A stretch of 61,959 nucleotides of DNA, filler included. It is 7 parts of 7 records of this genome, joined end to end, with 100 filler letters (N's around TTAATTAATTAA, not from the genome) between each part and the next. Parts side by side here need not be neighbours in the genome. Positions count along the whole stretch, not along the records: positions 42,179 to 50,234 come from SRR2962707_959; positions 50,335 to 56,074 come from SRR2962707_961; 5 more parts are not named here. One strand, given 5' to 3'. This document shows positions 42,296-54,554 of this stretch, in pieces. A model generated the notes under the pieces. That model saw only the letters and a program-made list of their open reading frames with translations. It was not told the origin of the DNA and did not search any database. Every line of letters starts with the position of its first letter. Position 1 is the first letter of the stretch. The position numbers were made by a program, and so were the translations under genes.

Positions 42296-42901
42296 ATGTT
42301 GAGTGTGCGCTCTGCCCTGTTGTTGGCGGTGGCCTGCGCTTCTGCAGCGCAGGCTTTTGTAGTAGACGTGTCGCCAAGAAGCGAAGAGTGCTTCCTCTCC
42401 AAAGCAAAGGCTGGGGAAGAGCTTCACTTCACCTACGAAGTGTATGAAGGTGGCTTCCTCGACATCGACGTCAAAGTGACGGAGCTGGACCGCAAAACGT
42501 CCGTCCTGTACGAGAAGAAGCGCAGCACCACCGACAAGACCCAGTGGGAGGTGTTCGACGACACGGTGTACAAGATTTGCTTCTCCAACCGCATTTCCAC
42601 ACTCGCGCACAAGAAACTGGCCTTCTCCGTGTACACGGACGAGGACATCCAGGCTCCGGCGGAGAAGAAGCACATGGACCCCCTCCGCGCACTGGCGATC
42701 CAAATTGAGGAAGGGATCCAGGACGCCAAGACGAAACTGAACTACATGGCGATCCGGGAAAATATTCACACCGCAACGAACCAAGCGACTTCCAGGCGGG
42801 TCATGTTTTTGTCGATCATCGAGGTTATTGTGGTGATGATCGTCTGCGCTCTGCAAGTGTTCGTGTTGAAGCGTTTCTTCGAGCGCAAAACACGGATCTA
42901 A
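42296..42901 (+). CDS. TMED2: p24/emp24 GOLD-domain cargo receptor (p24beta), intronless
   Basis: Signal peptide, EECF, EV.EGGFLDIDV, YKICFSN..ST, coiled coil, TM, C-terminal RFFERK. Confidence 0.92.
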   Translation: MLSVRSALLLAVACASAAQAFVVDVSPRSEECFLSKAKAGEELHFTYEVYEGGFLDIDVKVTELDRKTSVLYEKKRSTTDKTQWEVFDDTVYKICFSNRISTLAHKKLAFSVYTDEDIQAPAEKKHMDPLRALAIQIEEGIQDAKTKLNYMAIRENIHTATNQATSRRVMFLSIIEVIVVMIVCALQVFVLKRFFERKTRI

Positions 42902-43179
42902 GCGCGTCTTTGCCGCACCTGTCGCCCTCACCACGGCACGCTAGAACCTGTCGTGTGCAGCATGGTGGCGACCTGTCCTGTGCGCCACGATTGATGTCAG
43001 TGGGCGTGAGTGCTGGCGTCCGAACCGAGGATTGCAATCGACGAGTGCGACAGGCAGGAGGCTCATAATTATTCTTGATACAGGTTGTGCCATCTGTATG
43101 TTTTCTTTTAATACAAATAATGGTTCTCTGACCATCGTTCGAGCATACTTCAACCCTTGCCAGCAAACCCCCAGCCGCG

Positions 43180-46100
43180 TCATTTCCAAACTCGCACGAT
43201 ACTGTCCCAAGAGCCTGTGAAAAGTGTGTTATCTGCCAGCACAAGCATCACGTTTACGCTGCCCTTGGCTCCTTCCAGCACAGCCTTGCAGTGTCCGCCT
43301 TGCCACAGCCGGGCAACCTTGTCACCGCCACAACTGACCAGAACTCCATCCGTCGTCACGGCTACCATGTAAACAACGTGTCCTTTTTGATGGTCTTTCA
43401 TGACGCAAACACATTCCCCGTCCACCCACGACCGAATCGTCCCATCGTAAGAAGCAGAATAGATGCAACCACTTCGCGGGTCGACTGCCACATCCGTCAG
43501 TCCTTTCGTATGACCCTTCAAGACCTGCTCACAAGTCCACAACTGCCCCTTCGAAGGCCGACGCCAAACACGCAACTCCTTGTCGGCTGAGGCGGTGACC
43601 ATGCGACCGCTTCCATCCGGAAATACCTTGAATGCGGCCCAATGTAAGAGGATGAGGCGCGAAAAGATGGAAAGCGACCACTCGCTTGCCACATCACCCT
43701 CGACCACGTGCAAACACACCTTAAGAGCAGTGATCGATGCAGAATGACCTGTCAAGGTCGTCACGTGCGTACCCTGAACTGTCCAAACCTTGACTGTCGA
43801 ATCGAAGGAGCCGGACACTACCAACTCGGGTGAAAAAGATGCCAATGCATTGACAGCAAACTTATGGCCACGCAAGCCGCTGCATGTGCTAACGCATACA
43901 ACTTCTTGCCACAACCACAACACCCGTTCAGCACCATCAATCATCACAGGGGAAGGACCTTGGAGCAATCCAGCAAAACGCAATCGTCATGTTTGAGCAT
44001 GCAGCCAGCTATACCGTGAGAGTACAAATCATCAACATCGATGTGGACCATGCATACCTTGCTTCCATATTTTGACAGTATTGTCAGCAGAACCAGACAC
44101 GAGCACGACCGATGGTTGCGATCCTTGACCATCACAGTCTTGCTGCTTTTCAGAAAGGCAATGATGAACCTGGCGGATCCAGACAGACACGGAATATTTG
44201 CACCGCTTTCGCACCTGCATTGGGCATTTGGCACCACAACATGCAGCTCAACAGAAAAACATCACTGCCTGCCCCCTTCCCCCTCGTACCAGCAAACAGT
44301 GAATGGTGCCCTGATGGCCATTCGCAGTTGTGTCCCGAATATTGCCAACGCAGCGGCCATCCCGCCAGATCATTATCGTGCCTTTTATGTCGCCAGAGGC
44401 AAGGGTGCCACCTGGCAGGGCAGCCAAGGCTGTTACGTTCCCGTCGTGGCCCTTGAGTACATGCTGCGAGTCAACAATACACTCCAAAAATCAAACATGG
44501 CGCTACAAGGACGACAAGCGCAAACCCGAGGCAGGGTGGCGCTCGATCGAGCTGCATGGCGCAAAATAAAACGCACCACCAGTTTCCCGGACTGGGTCCA
44601 CAAGCGGACTGTGCCATCACGTGATCCTGTCGCCACCAAACCATCATCTTGCTGCACCATGCATAAAATGTGATCTTGGTGGCCAGCGGCGGCCGTCTTC
44701 AAGCTCACAGAGTTTAAATTGAGGTCCCCAGCCGGCGTAGCCAATAGGTCGTCAATAGCAGGGTTCATTGTGCGAGCAAGAGCAAGCGCACCAGGGGCCA
44801 CCTGGCTTCCACGAAGATCTAAAGACTTAACCTTCGGCCGGAGGTGCAGAGTATGCGCAAGAAGAGCCATGTGTTGCGCTTCGAAAGGACCCACGCAATC
44901 CAATGCCACAGCCGTGATACGAGGCGGCATGAAAAGCAAGCTTGCAATTGCACTGTACACTGCGCGATCGGTGACTTGGTCATCTGTTCCAGCACTGCTT
45001 TGCATGGCTGACGCAGAACTGGTTGGGCGGCGCGATGAGGCGGGGTCGCCGTAGAATCTTTGGGCATCCAAGTGGAAAGTCGTGTGATCCCTTGAGCGTG
45101 GAATCGCAACCACGAGGCGAGCTGCCTCAAGAATGTCGGCAAGGGCGACCGCTCTTAATGCTGACGCCAGGACTTCGAGCGGAGCATTGGTGTTGAGCGA
45201 CACTAGCGGGACACGCAAAATCTTCCGAAATTGGTCCAACTCGACCCCCTGGGATGGGGAGCCACGTGGCACTGCTAACGTTGAGTGCTGCAGCTCTGCG
45301 AGAGCCGCAAAGTTGAAAGCTGCAGCTCCTTCCGCCCGTTTGCGTGGTGAGGCAGCAATCGGAGGCGGGGGAGCAAGAGTAGCTGCTAGATCCCAACAGC
45401 GTCCCGCAATGGTTGGCTGGTTGCTCCGCAACGCCAGACCCAGAACACTAAGTACAAGTTTGAAGCTTGCTGCTTCAAGCGCTGCAGGAAGGCTTCCCTC
45501 TGAATCTCTCTGGTGGTTAAGGTGGTCAACAAAGTCCGTGAATGCACTGATATTCCCCTGTTGATTCGATGGATTGGCAAACAGGTACAAAAACGTGAAT
45601 CACAGACACACCGATAGTGTTCCACTGAATGCGGCTTTGAGCAGCATGGGAGTTGAGTGTGGCACAAATGGAAAAGGGGTATTAATCAAGACACTGCACT
45701 TGATGCTAACCTGGCGCTCATTGGCAAGCTTCAAAGCCCCGTTTCGGCCAACAGTGACAATTCCTGGATGAGCTCCCACATCACAAAGTAACAAATGCCC
45801 TCGAATGTCAAATAGTAGTGATTCCAGCTCAGGAGACTGGAAATGCGTGGGGATGGATGCCACGAGATCGAGAGCCTGTCGCGCCACACCAATTCAAGCA
45901 CGTCACAAATTGCAACCAGTACAACAAAGGGTCGCGCATTAAATAAAGGCACAGCACAACCTCGCGAAACACAATTTCGAAGCGAAAAAAAGACTATGGA
46001 CGGCAACTCAAATATACCTTTTGAAAGTGCTCTAAACAATTTCTCCACTCGGCTGGTGTTCCGGTCATTGGGTCAATTCCCGATAGCATTGTCTGTGCAC

Positions 46101-49100
46101 CTGCGACAGCACTATGCGCCGCCGCAAGCTGCAACACGCCAGGCCCCTGCACTGTCGGCTTTATTGGCGCCACATCTTCGGCTTCAAACGGAATGGTGGG
46201 GGTTTCCAAGTGCAACTGAATCTTGTCATATGCAAGGCTCACTCCAGCATGTGATTGAAGAATGGAAAGAAATTTGCTGCGACAGCGGCGCTGCCCCTGT
46301 GCACGCTTGGCAGATTCCTTAACTTGTTCCAAAAGTTTTGCTCGTGCTCTCGCAACCTCTGCTTCCTCTTGCCGTACTTGATCCGCTGTTTTGGGAAGCA
46401 GTGCAATGGGTGGAGGAGCTGGCACGGGATCATCTGAATCGTCTGAACTTTCGTCGTCAGCATGTGCGCGATCAGAAGCCAGCGATTTAGCACGCTGCGG
46501 ATGTGCAATACTGCCACCCGTCCGTTTTTGTGCTGAATTGCCTTTCTCCGGAGACTCCAATGCTGTTCCATGACCTTTGCTGCGTTCTCCACTAACCGCA
46601 ATGGGAGGGAAAACATCGTGACCAAAACAAACACCTCGAAGATCAAACTGCAATGCTGCCAATATCCCGACCCCGAAAGCTCTAGCGAGCGCAGGTGCAA
46701 CTTGGGTGTCCCAGAAGTGTTTGGAGAGGCTCGACTCCACGGCACAGAGATTGACAAAGTGTGCGGTCGCGCTGCGAACAGATTGCTGACTGGTTGACAG
46801 AGTAACATTGCAGCAATCCCTTTGAACAGCACGCAGCAATTGCTTGAGAGTTCGAACAGTCATGCAACGCACAAGTCCGTGAGCTAGAGCTGCTGCTGCA
46901 GGGTCTCCTGTGGGGTTTTCCAGTTCAGGCATTTTTAGTCGTTTTCTCTCTTGAATTTGCTCGCGGCGCGCACTGTTGTCGCGTTCAACCAATACTCGAG
47001 CCAGAATGCCCAGATGACGGCAATTCATACCATGCGCGTGAAGGACCTTCGACACTTGGTCAATGTCCAACCACCAAGGTTGAGCAAGCTGTGGCGAGAT
47101 GCCCTGAGTTGCATTCATTGATGTCTCAATGGGTTCTGTTGATCTTTCGTCGGTGGGAGGTTGTACACTAGAATTGGGTTTGGGTCTTGGATCACTGCCT
47201 TTGCGGGCTTTGCAATCGCAATCGGCAGTGCTTATCACCAAGGAGGGTGCTAGTTCTTGCAGAACATTCGCAACTTTGTGTGCTTGAACAGTCAACAACT
47301 CCATCGTCGCTGCATGCACGCGGTCGTTGTGGGCCCCTGCATCCTTCTCATCGACACGGGCAAACTTTGAAAAAGCATCAGCTGAGAGCCGCCCAACACT
47401 CTCATGGACATTGGCAAACAATGAAACCCACTCGGGCCGTAAACGTCGACTTTGGATTCGAGCGCTTTCTTGACTCCATCCCTGGACCATCAATGCCGAG
47501 CGTTGACGGGACAGCAATTTTGCTGCAGGGTTGGACACAGAGTTAGATGCTGAGGACGTCGTCGTTGGTTGCGTCGTCAATGGACGTGTTCGATCATAAA
47601 GCTGCTGAACGGGCGCCAATGGGCTCTCTGCGGGGAACATTCGTCCCAAGCGTGCAAGACACCGTTCCACCTCCGGGTTTTCCTTGTTAAACGTGGTTGG
47701 TCCGTTTTTTAAAACTTTGACTCGGTACCCTAAAACAGTTGCTGCAAGGGGGCATGAGATACACCTTGGCCGGTCCACCCACTCAAGCTGCGTGACACCA
47801 TCGTCGCTTTCTAAAACCGGCATGGATGTTTGTTCTTCGTCATGATGCCGATCTTCAATGGCAGCTGGATCGGCAACCACCACAGCCTGTGTCTGTCTAC
47901 GCACAAGCCGAGGGCCAATTTCTCCCACGAAGTGTGGTGCCAGACCAACGCTATCAGCAATGCCAGTCATGCGCTCTAAGATTGCTTCATCCCCGACTAT
48001 TCCACTTGTTTCAGCACCGTCTGGAGTGGCGAAGGAGAGCCCTCCATCAACAGTTCCGCACACGGGCGGTGGAGGGCGCATTGGTGATGGAGCATACTCA
48101 CTGCCATGCTGATAGTTCGATCCAGCCATGTCCACGTCAATGGACTCTGCAAGAACACGGAAGCCGAGGAAGTCCACCACAGCAACCAATGGTGTCACCA
48201 CAAGTGGCGATGAACGGCTGGCAGCAGGAGTGTTGATTGTATGTGGCAAGCTGTAGTCACAGGCCAATAGCTCATGCTTCGCCGTTTTGGCTTCAGCAGC
48301 GTAGTCACCAGCAAACTCTCGTGCTGTACCTCGCAGCAGGGAGAACCGCACTCCACCTGTGATATACACTTGAGTCCCTCGAGGCACTGGTGCAGGGGTT
48401 GTATCGGTGCGCGACGCTGGACCTCCAAGCCCACTCACACCCTTTCCGGTCCCATCCGGCAATGGTTTAAGTACTTGCTCTTCTAATGGCAAAAACTGTG
48501 CTTCAACAATTTGCTTCGCTGTGGCCTGCACATGTACCAAGAATGCATCAATTATTCCTTTGATCCTCTGAAACATTGCTATCGTGCTTGAAGAAGCCTG
48601 GACTGCTTGGTAATATTCCCTCCCAAACTGGCGTGATCGGTGGTGTACAGAGCGAAGTGTGAGTTGCTTCTCATTGCTACTGGCGGTCTTGTTGGCAGCA
48701 AAATCTCCAGCAAGGACAATGGCCGTGACTGGTTCAATGTCTTGATCGAGCGCCTGTTGAGCAGCAACCACACGAGCGACGGCGCTGTCCGCGCAAGCAA
48801 CCTCGAGATGTTGCGGAACTTGCCGAGGATGACTTGAAGTACGTGTGTTTGCTTCCCCTGCCATTGAGCCTGTGTCGCGAAAAACTGCCATCGGCGACGG
48901 CTGTCTATCTCTCGTTACCCACAAGCCGGCCGAGGGTGGGTCAATCGAAGAGACTTGTGCTTCAAGCAAAACTTTCTTTGACGGGCTCCCCCTCAACTGC
49001 CATGCCCACTCTGGACACGGCGGGTTCAAAGCCAGCGACGCGGCTGTCTCCACAGCAACAAGCTCCACACATTCATCATTGGGCTCACCCCATGCCTCGC

Positions 49101-49782
49101 CCCCACGAAAACATCCGGGCTCGCTTGAGCTGCTATTCTGACTTTCTGACGCGGACCTCTTGTCTGCAGGCTGCAGCACGAGCGCTTGCGCAGCTGTCGA
49201 TGATTGGACGCTCGCCTGGTCTTCTTTCGCAGTCTTCAAGCTTTTGACAAATTTAAACCCTTTCACCCGAGCTTGGTCTGAATCTGTCGAATCGCTGGAG
49301 TCGACTGCAGAATACAGTCCGTCGAGGAGAATGCTGCCTGTCTGGACGACAAAGCACCCTGCCACCTGATCATTCCCCACCGCCCCATGGTCTTCACTGC
49401 TGTTTTTCGCTGCATCCACGTCCCGGACCACCAATTGAAGCTCTTCGTTCTTGGGTGTTTTTGCAGAGCCTGTCCACAGTTCGAACCCGCTCTCCACCAT
49501 ATCTGGCGCTAAGGCGAGCCCTTGGTCTTCTCCGTTGGTGGCGTTGGTGGAATATTCTGCCCCTGGTGCGAAAGAGTGTTTGACGCGCACCTTTCTCGCA
49601 ATATCCGGGCAGTTACTGAGGTACACCACAATATCCGTCGCCAGCTGTTTGTTCTCGCCGATCTTGCGCATGATTTCCAGCAGTATGGACCACTCGCCGC
49701 TCACGGCTTTGAACAGCTCCACAAAGTTGTCAATCGTATCTTCCTCCTCACGCGGATCAAACCGCGACCCTCCCGCCCCCAT
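43180..49782 (-). CDS. Multi-exon Clu-domain protein with LRR-like segment and C-terminal WD40 repeats
   Basis: Start MGAGGS; Clu motifs KTAKHEL, PL.AVVDF.GFRV.A, G.VDGG, GLAPHFV, RLRPEWV, LSADAFSKF, H.HGMN.RHLG; in-frame phase-0 introns 45876-46017 and 45558-45710; then KSLDLRG and repeated GH...SGS.D.TV.VW units to the stop at 43180. Confidence 0.75.
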
Positions 49783-50101
49783 TCTAGCGAACAATGCCTT
49801 ACCCACCCACCCAGCCACCCAGGTAGTCAGCCAGCACTCTGCAACGATCGATCCAATGCCCTCAGCCCTCCTTGAGGGGTAGGGGACTCGTAAGAGTCGC
49901 CACAGCAGCACGGCAGACAGGAACGAAAGACCGAAAGAACGGACGAATGAAAAAAAATCAAAAAAAAAAAAAACAATCACAGTACATCCATTGTGATCAT
50001 GACAAGCGGTGTTCGCCCTGAACTTTGGGGCAGAAAAAAAGAGAAATTTGAAATCTGCAACAGAACGAACGTTGCCTACAGTCAGCAGCGGCTTCATGAA
50101 A

Positions 50102-50234
50102 ACTCACTTGCTCACTCACGCTTTCACTCAATAAGCATCAGTGAGTGAGTAAGCGAGCGAGGGAGTGCGTACGTGTGTGAGAGTGTGGGTATGAGTGAGC
50201 GTGAGAGTGAGTGAGAAAGTGAGTGAGTTCGTGA
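50102..50234. repeat. (ACTC)n/(GAGT)n degenerate microsatellite with internal inverted arrangement
   Basis: CTCACTTGCTCACTCAC (50103) and GTGAGTGAGTAAGCGAG (50141) are 15/17 inverted; GAGT units run to the contig end. Confidence 0.75.
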
Positions 50235-50334
50235 NNNNNNNNNNNNNNNNNNNNNNNNNNNNNNNNNNNNNNNNNNNNTTAATTAATTAANNNNNNNNNN
50301 NNNNNNNNNNNNNNNNNNNNNNNNNNNNNNNNNN
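50235..50334. other. Artificial contig spacer
   Basis: N44-TTAATTAATTAA-N44. Confidence 0.99.
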
Positions 50335-50362
50335 GAGTGAGTGAGTGAGTGAGTGCGTGAGT
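50335..50362. repeat. (GAGT)n microsatellite
   Basis: GAGTGAGTGAGTGAGTGAGTGCGTGAGT at start of contig 6. Confidence 0.85.
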
Positions 50363-50724
50363 ACGAGAGAGTTCGCTGTCTCGTCTCGGTGAGCGGTGAG
50401 CCTTGCGGTGCACACTGCCACACACGAAAGCCCAGACGAGGAACAGTTTGTGTCGGAGCCGCGCGCACGTCCTGGTTGCAAAGTCTAGAGGCGTGCTGCG
50501 TAGTTTTTTTGGTTTTTTTATTATTATTTTGTTTTTTGTTTTGGTGTCGCGCACGTACGATACGTACGGGCGGCTTTTGTGTATTATTGGCGCCGCTGCC
50601 GTTCCCGCCGCTCACTTACCGGCGTCGGCAGCGTTTCTCGAGTTCTTTCTCACTTTGATCGTTGTTTTCTTCTCGTCGATCCTGACAGCTTCGAAGGCTT
50701 TGTCGACTGGTGTCGTGGTTCGCA

Positions 50725-53700
50725 ATGACCAGCGTGGAGCAGCTGCTGGAGGAGTCCAGGAAGCTGCAGCGTCTGTCGGAACACAACGACCGTCTTTTTG
50801 GGAAAATGCTGTCGTCAGAATCTCGCACGCTCGAGCCAATGTCTCCTCGAGTTCGTGCATCGATTCCGCGCTCCCAATTCCACCAAGGCGTGAGCGCTGA
50901 CGACCGGCGCGACTTCGACGAGCATGTCCCTCGATCTGCAAGCCACTCCGTGCCTGGCCTTGAGCAGCACCCAGCGGATGCCCTTCGACAGTCACATGGG
51001 CGAATGAAAGTCAATGATCTTGCGAGTGATGCCCCGCGTCATCCAGCGAATCGATTCGGGGCTGGTGCGTCAAAACGTTTTGAGAGCGACGATGAAAAGC
51101 TGAGCACTATGGACCCGACAGTGCCCCAAATGTATGATACGGACCAGCCGACGCTGTCGTTTCGTACCCTTGCCGAACGGTGTGTGCCTGTCGACGTGCA
51201 GGCACAACTGAAAGTGAACGCCTTTTTGCAAGCATTTCACGCAAGCGACCGCCTGCTGGCGGGTTTGCAGTTGAAATTGCTGCACTCGTACTACAGGTCC
51301 CAGACGGAGCAGCAGGTGCCATTCATCTTCAACTGTTGCAGCTCCCGAAGCCCTGCGCTTGTTGTTGGAATGATCTTTGAATGGTATTGTTTCTAACATC
51401 ATTTTTTTGTGCACTTTTCTGGACACGTTGCATGCAAGGGTGGCAATATGTTTCCAGAAGACCTTGTACGCCTCTGCCGAGCGGCCGGGCTGATGGATGG
51501 CCCGCATGCCTTCTCCAATCCGGATATCATTTCGATTGCCGTGGGTGTGATTGAAACCTTGAACGAGGGTAGCATCCCAGCCGACGCCAGCCTTGTGGGC
51601 ATTGATACGGCAATGGATTTTCGAGCCTTTTGTGTTGCGTTGTCCGAGATTGCTAGATTTCGCTTTAGTCGCGCTGAATCACCGCAAGTGGCTCAGCGAA
51701 CTCTGTTTCGTCGGGTTTTGGGCCCGCTTGCGCTTCATGTGATGGCGTCGGACCTTGTTCCGCAGGCTGCGGTCACCATTATCCACGATCAGCACGAGCG
51801 TTTGAAAGAGTCACAAGAGTTGCGTGAGAAAATGCCGCACGATGACGCTTCAGATGATGGTGACTACGCCGGAGGCGGCGGTGGCTATGACGGGCAGATG
51901 GGCCAGCATTCATCCTCGAACAGAGTTCCGGGGGTTGTTGGTGGCACCGAGGGCCTGCTCGATCCTTTGATTGGCCTTGCGCCCGACCCTTTTGAAATGT
52001 CGCGCGCGCGAGTTGAGGTATGCGCACTGTACTGGAAATGGTGTCGCTTTTTCTCAACGTGCGTTGTTGGTGCCGAATTAACGTCTGATTTGATGATGTC
52101 TGCAGCTCGAAACATCCCAACAGCGAAGAGCCCAGCTTTCTTCGGTCTCAATGCTCTCACCCTCAAGACAAGCTGAGAGGTTGCATCGTAGTGGACCCAT
52201 TGCCCCCGGATCCTTTTCGATACAGAGCCTGCAGTCGTCTCCACTGTGGCGAAAGCAAGATGAAGACTCGGAAGGAGAAGCCAGTGAGGCAAACTCTGCG
52301 CTTGCAGGAACAGCAGTTCCAGTGTCTCCCACAAAAGCTGCATTGCGTCAGAAGCATCCAGCGCCAGCACTTGTCGGGCTGCTGACGTTTTCGAAAGATT
52401 ACCTTCTGGAGTGTTTTGACAGGTTCGTGCGCTGTGGCAGCGACGCAAAATGTTCGTCGTAGTGTCTTCGGTCGTTGACTGTGTTGTTTTCTCTGGCTGT
52501 TGGTGGTTTTGCTCAGATATGCGCTGGCTTCTCGAGAACGCAACCCGACTGTCTGTGAAGAAGACTTGGAGGGGTATATGAATCAGCAAATATTCCAAGC
52601 CTTTGCCACCGACGCAGCGCTCTTCACTCATCTAAGCGCAGCAGATCTTTGCAAAATATTTGTCAACAACTGTTCGTCTAAAACTCTGACTGATGGAAAC
52701 TTGGTGAGCTATGCACGACCCGCGCAATGTATCACAAATAGCGAGCAACTGCACTTCGATTGCCGCGCATGACCCGCTTGATGTTGCGTCATTAGGTGGA
52801 TGGGTTGAGCTTTACCCAGTTTGTGTCTAGCATCGTCGAAATTGCGGAGAGCGTTTACGTGAACCTTCACGGCTGCGACAAGTATGTAATTGGTTTGCTG
52901 GCCGAGAGCTTGTCAGAAGATGGAGGCCTCACTCGCCTTAAAGCCCTTGACCTCCGAGCGAATGCATTGTTGTCGCCTGCAGATATGACGCAATGCTGAT
53001 GATTTTCTATTGGTTGGACATGCACAACGGTCTTTTTGGAGGGCAAGCTCGGCTTTTACTGAGTCAGCGGTTTCCTCTGCACAACGCGGCGCACTGCTTT
53101 CAGTCGCTTAAGGCAAGCCTGCCTTGTTGGACGTGCATGTTTTTGTTGCGCTGCACGCCGCATGCATTGCGCTATTTTTCGCTCACTTTGGACTCCTGGA
53201 TTGCTTGCAGGTTTGGAATATGTTTGATTTCTACTGTTCATTTGGAAACCGCAGCAATCACGGACTCAATGCTCAGTTGAGCTCCGTGAAGTGTCTTAAG
53301 CTGATGCGAGAGCACGGTCTTATTGGCGAGGAAGGTGCCTCGGACGAATCCAAGCGTAGACCTCGTCGAGGCGACCCCACAAGTTCGCACAGCGAACCAG
53401 AATTGGTTTCAGTGACTCGGGTTGATATCATATTTCAAAAAGTCATTGTGGCAGAGCAAAAAAGAAAAACTAGGGAAGAAAAAGAGCGCGCGCGCACCAG
53501 CAGTCGGAAACGGAGCGGTGGTGATGGATTGGTGAAGGATTATTTCACTGGAGCAACTGCCAGCCGTACGAACAATCCCAAGCGCGTAAACTTTTCCCGC
53601 AAGCTCGAGTTTCGAGGGTTCTGTATTTTCTTGGTGGAGGTACGTTTCAATTCAGTTTCACAAATTCTTCTTGTTGATTGTATTGGCCAAGGTGAAGACA

Positions 53701-54378
53701 CGCTTATACTTGACGCCCCGGAAACTCCGCGTGTTTTGTAGGTCGCGCTCTTCATGTATCCAACATTGCACCCAACCGATGCGTATAATCGCCTGCTCGA
53801 AACCTACTTCTTTGATGATGGCAGCGGCCGGCACGGTGACTCGGAAGCTGCAAGCACGGCGCGGACGAACGACGATCAAACTGTAGCGCACCTGGAACGG
53901 CAGCTGTTGCAGCAGGACAATAGCATGAACATATCTGCAATCGCTGCTCTGCGTCCAGATGGCACAGCGACTGGAGCTAGTGGAGGCGATGGGGGTGGTG
54001 TGGCAGATGCCCAGCTTATCGGCGTAATAGATCAATTTCAGTCGCTACAACGAATGACAATGCTAAAACACGTGGTTTCGAGATGCCACGACAACAGGCT
54101 TCGATTTGCATTCAACCAGTGGCGCAGCAACCAAGCCCAAGCGTCTGCTGAGTCGAACCTGTCAATTCTTCAAGGTGTGTGGCAAATGCTGGGCACTGTT
54201 CGGCGTGTTTGGGTGAAAGTTGTTGCCTTTCTTTTTTTCGCCGTACTCTAACCCAACGTGTTTGATGATAAATGCAACTGTTTCAGACGAAATCGCAACT
54301 CTTCATCGTAAGTTAGCAAAGACAAAAAAAGAGGTCGGGAATTGGAAGCGAAAAGTGCTGCTTGGGGATGTGGACTGA
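50725..54378 (+). CDS. Multi-exon protein with several p25alpha(TPPP)/EF-hand-like units and terminal coiled coils
   Basis: DLVRLCRAAGLMD...MDFRAFCVALSEIA; DLCKIF...LSFTQFVSSIVEIA; LSSVKCLKLMREHGLI...RVDIIFQKV...LEFRGFCIFLVEV; last exon DEIATLHRKL...GDVD* ends 54378. Confidence 0.6.
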
Positions 54379-54554
54379 CTCCGAAGTCGCAAAGAGTCAG
54401 CTTTTTGGACATAAAAATGACCAGTAGTTTTTTTGCATTTTCAATCTCTGGAGCCGCAATTGCTTCACAGCTGTCCCTTTTCGAAACTCAGTGTCCGACA
54501 AGTAGCGTTTCAGTCAGGGCGTATTGTTTTAATAAAATGAACTGAACCATAAGG

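Noticed and set aside
49783-50097. 105-aa N-terminal extension of the Clu ORF in the ORF track
   Set aside because: Encoded by poly-T, UTR-like sequence; MGAGGS at 49782 is the more plausible start.
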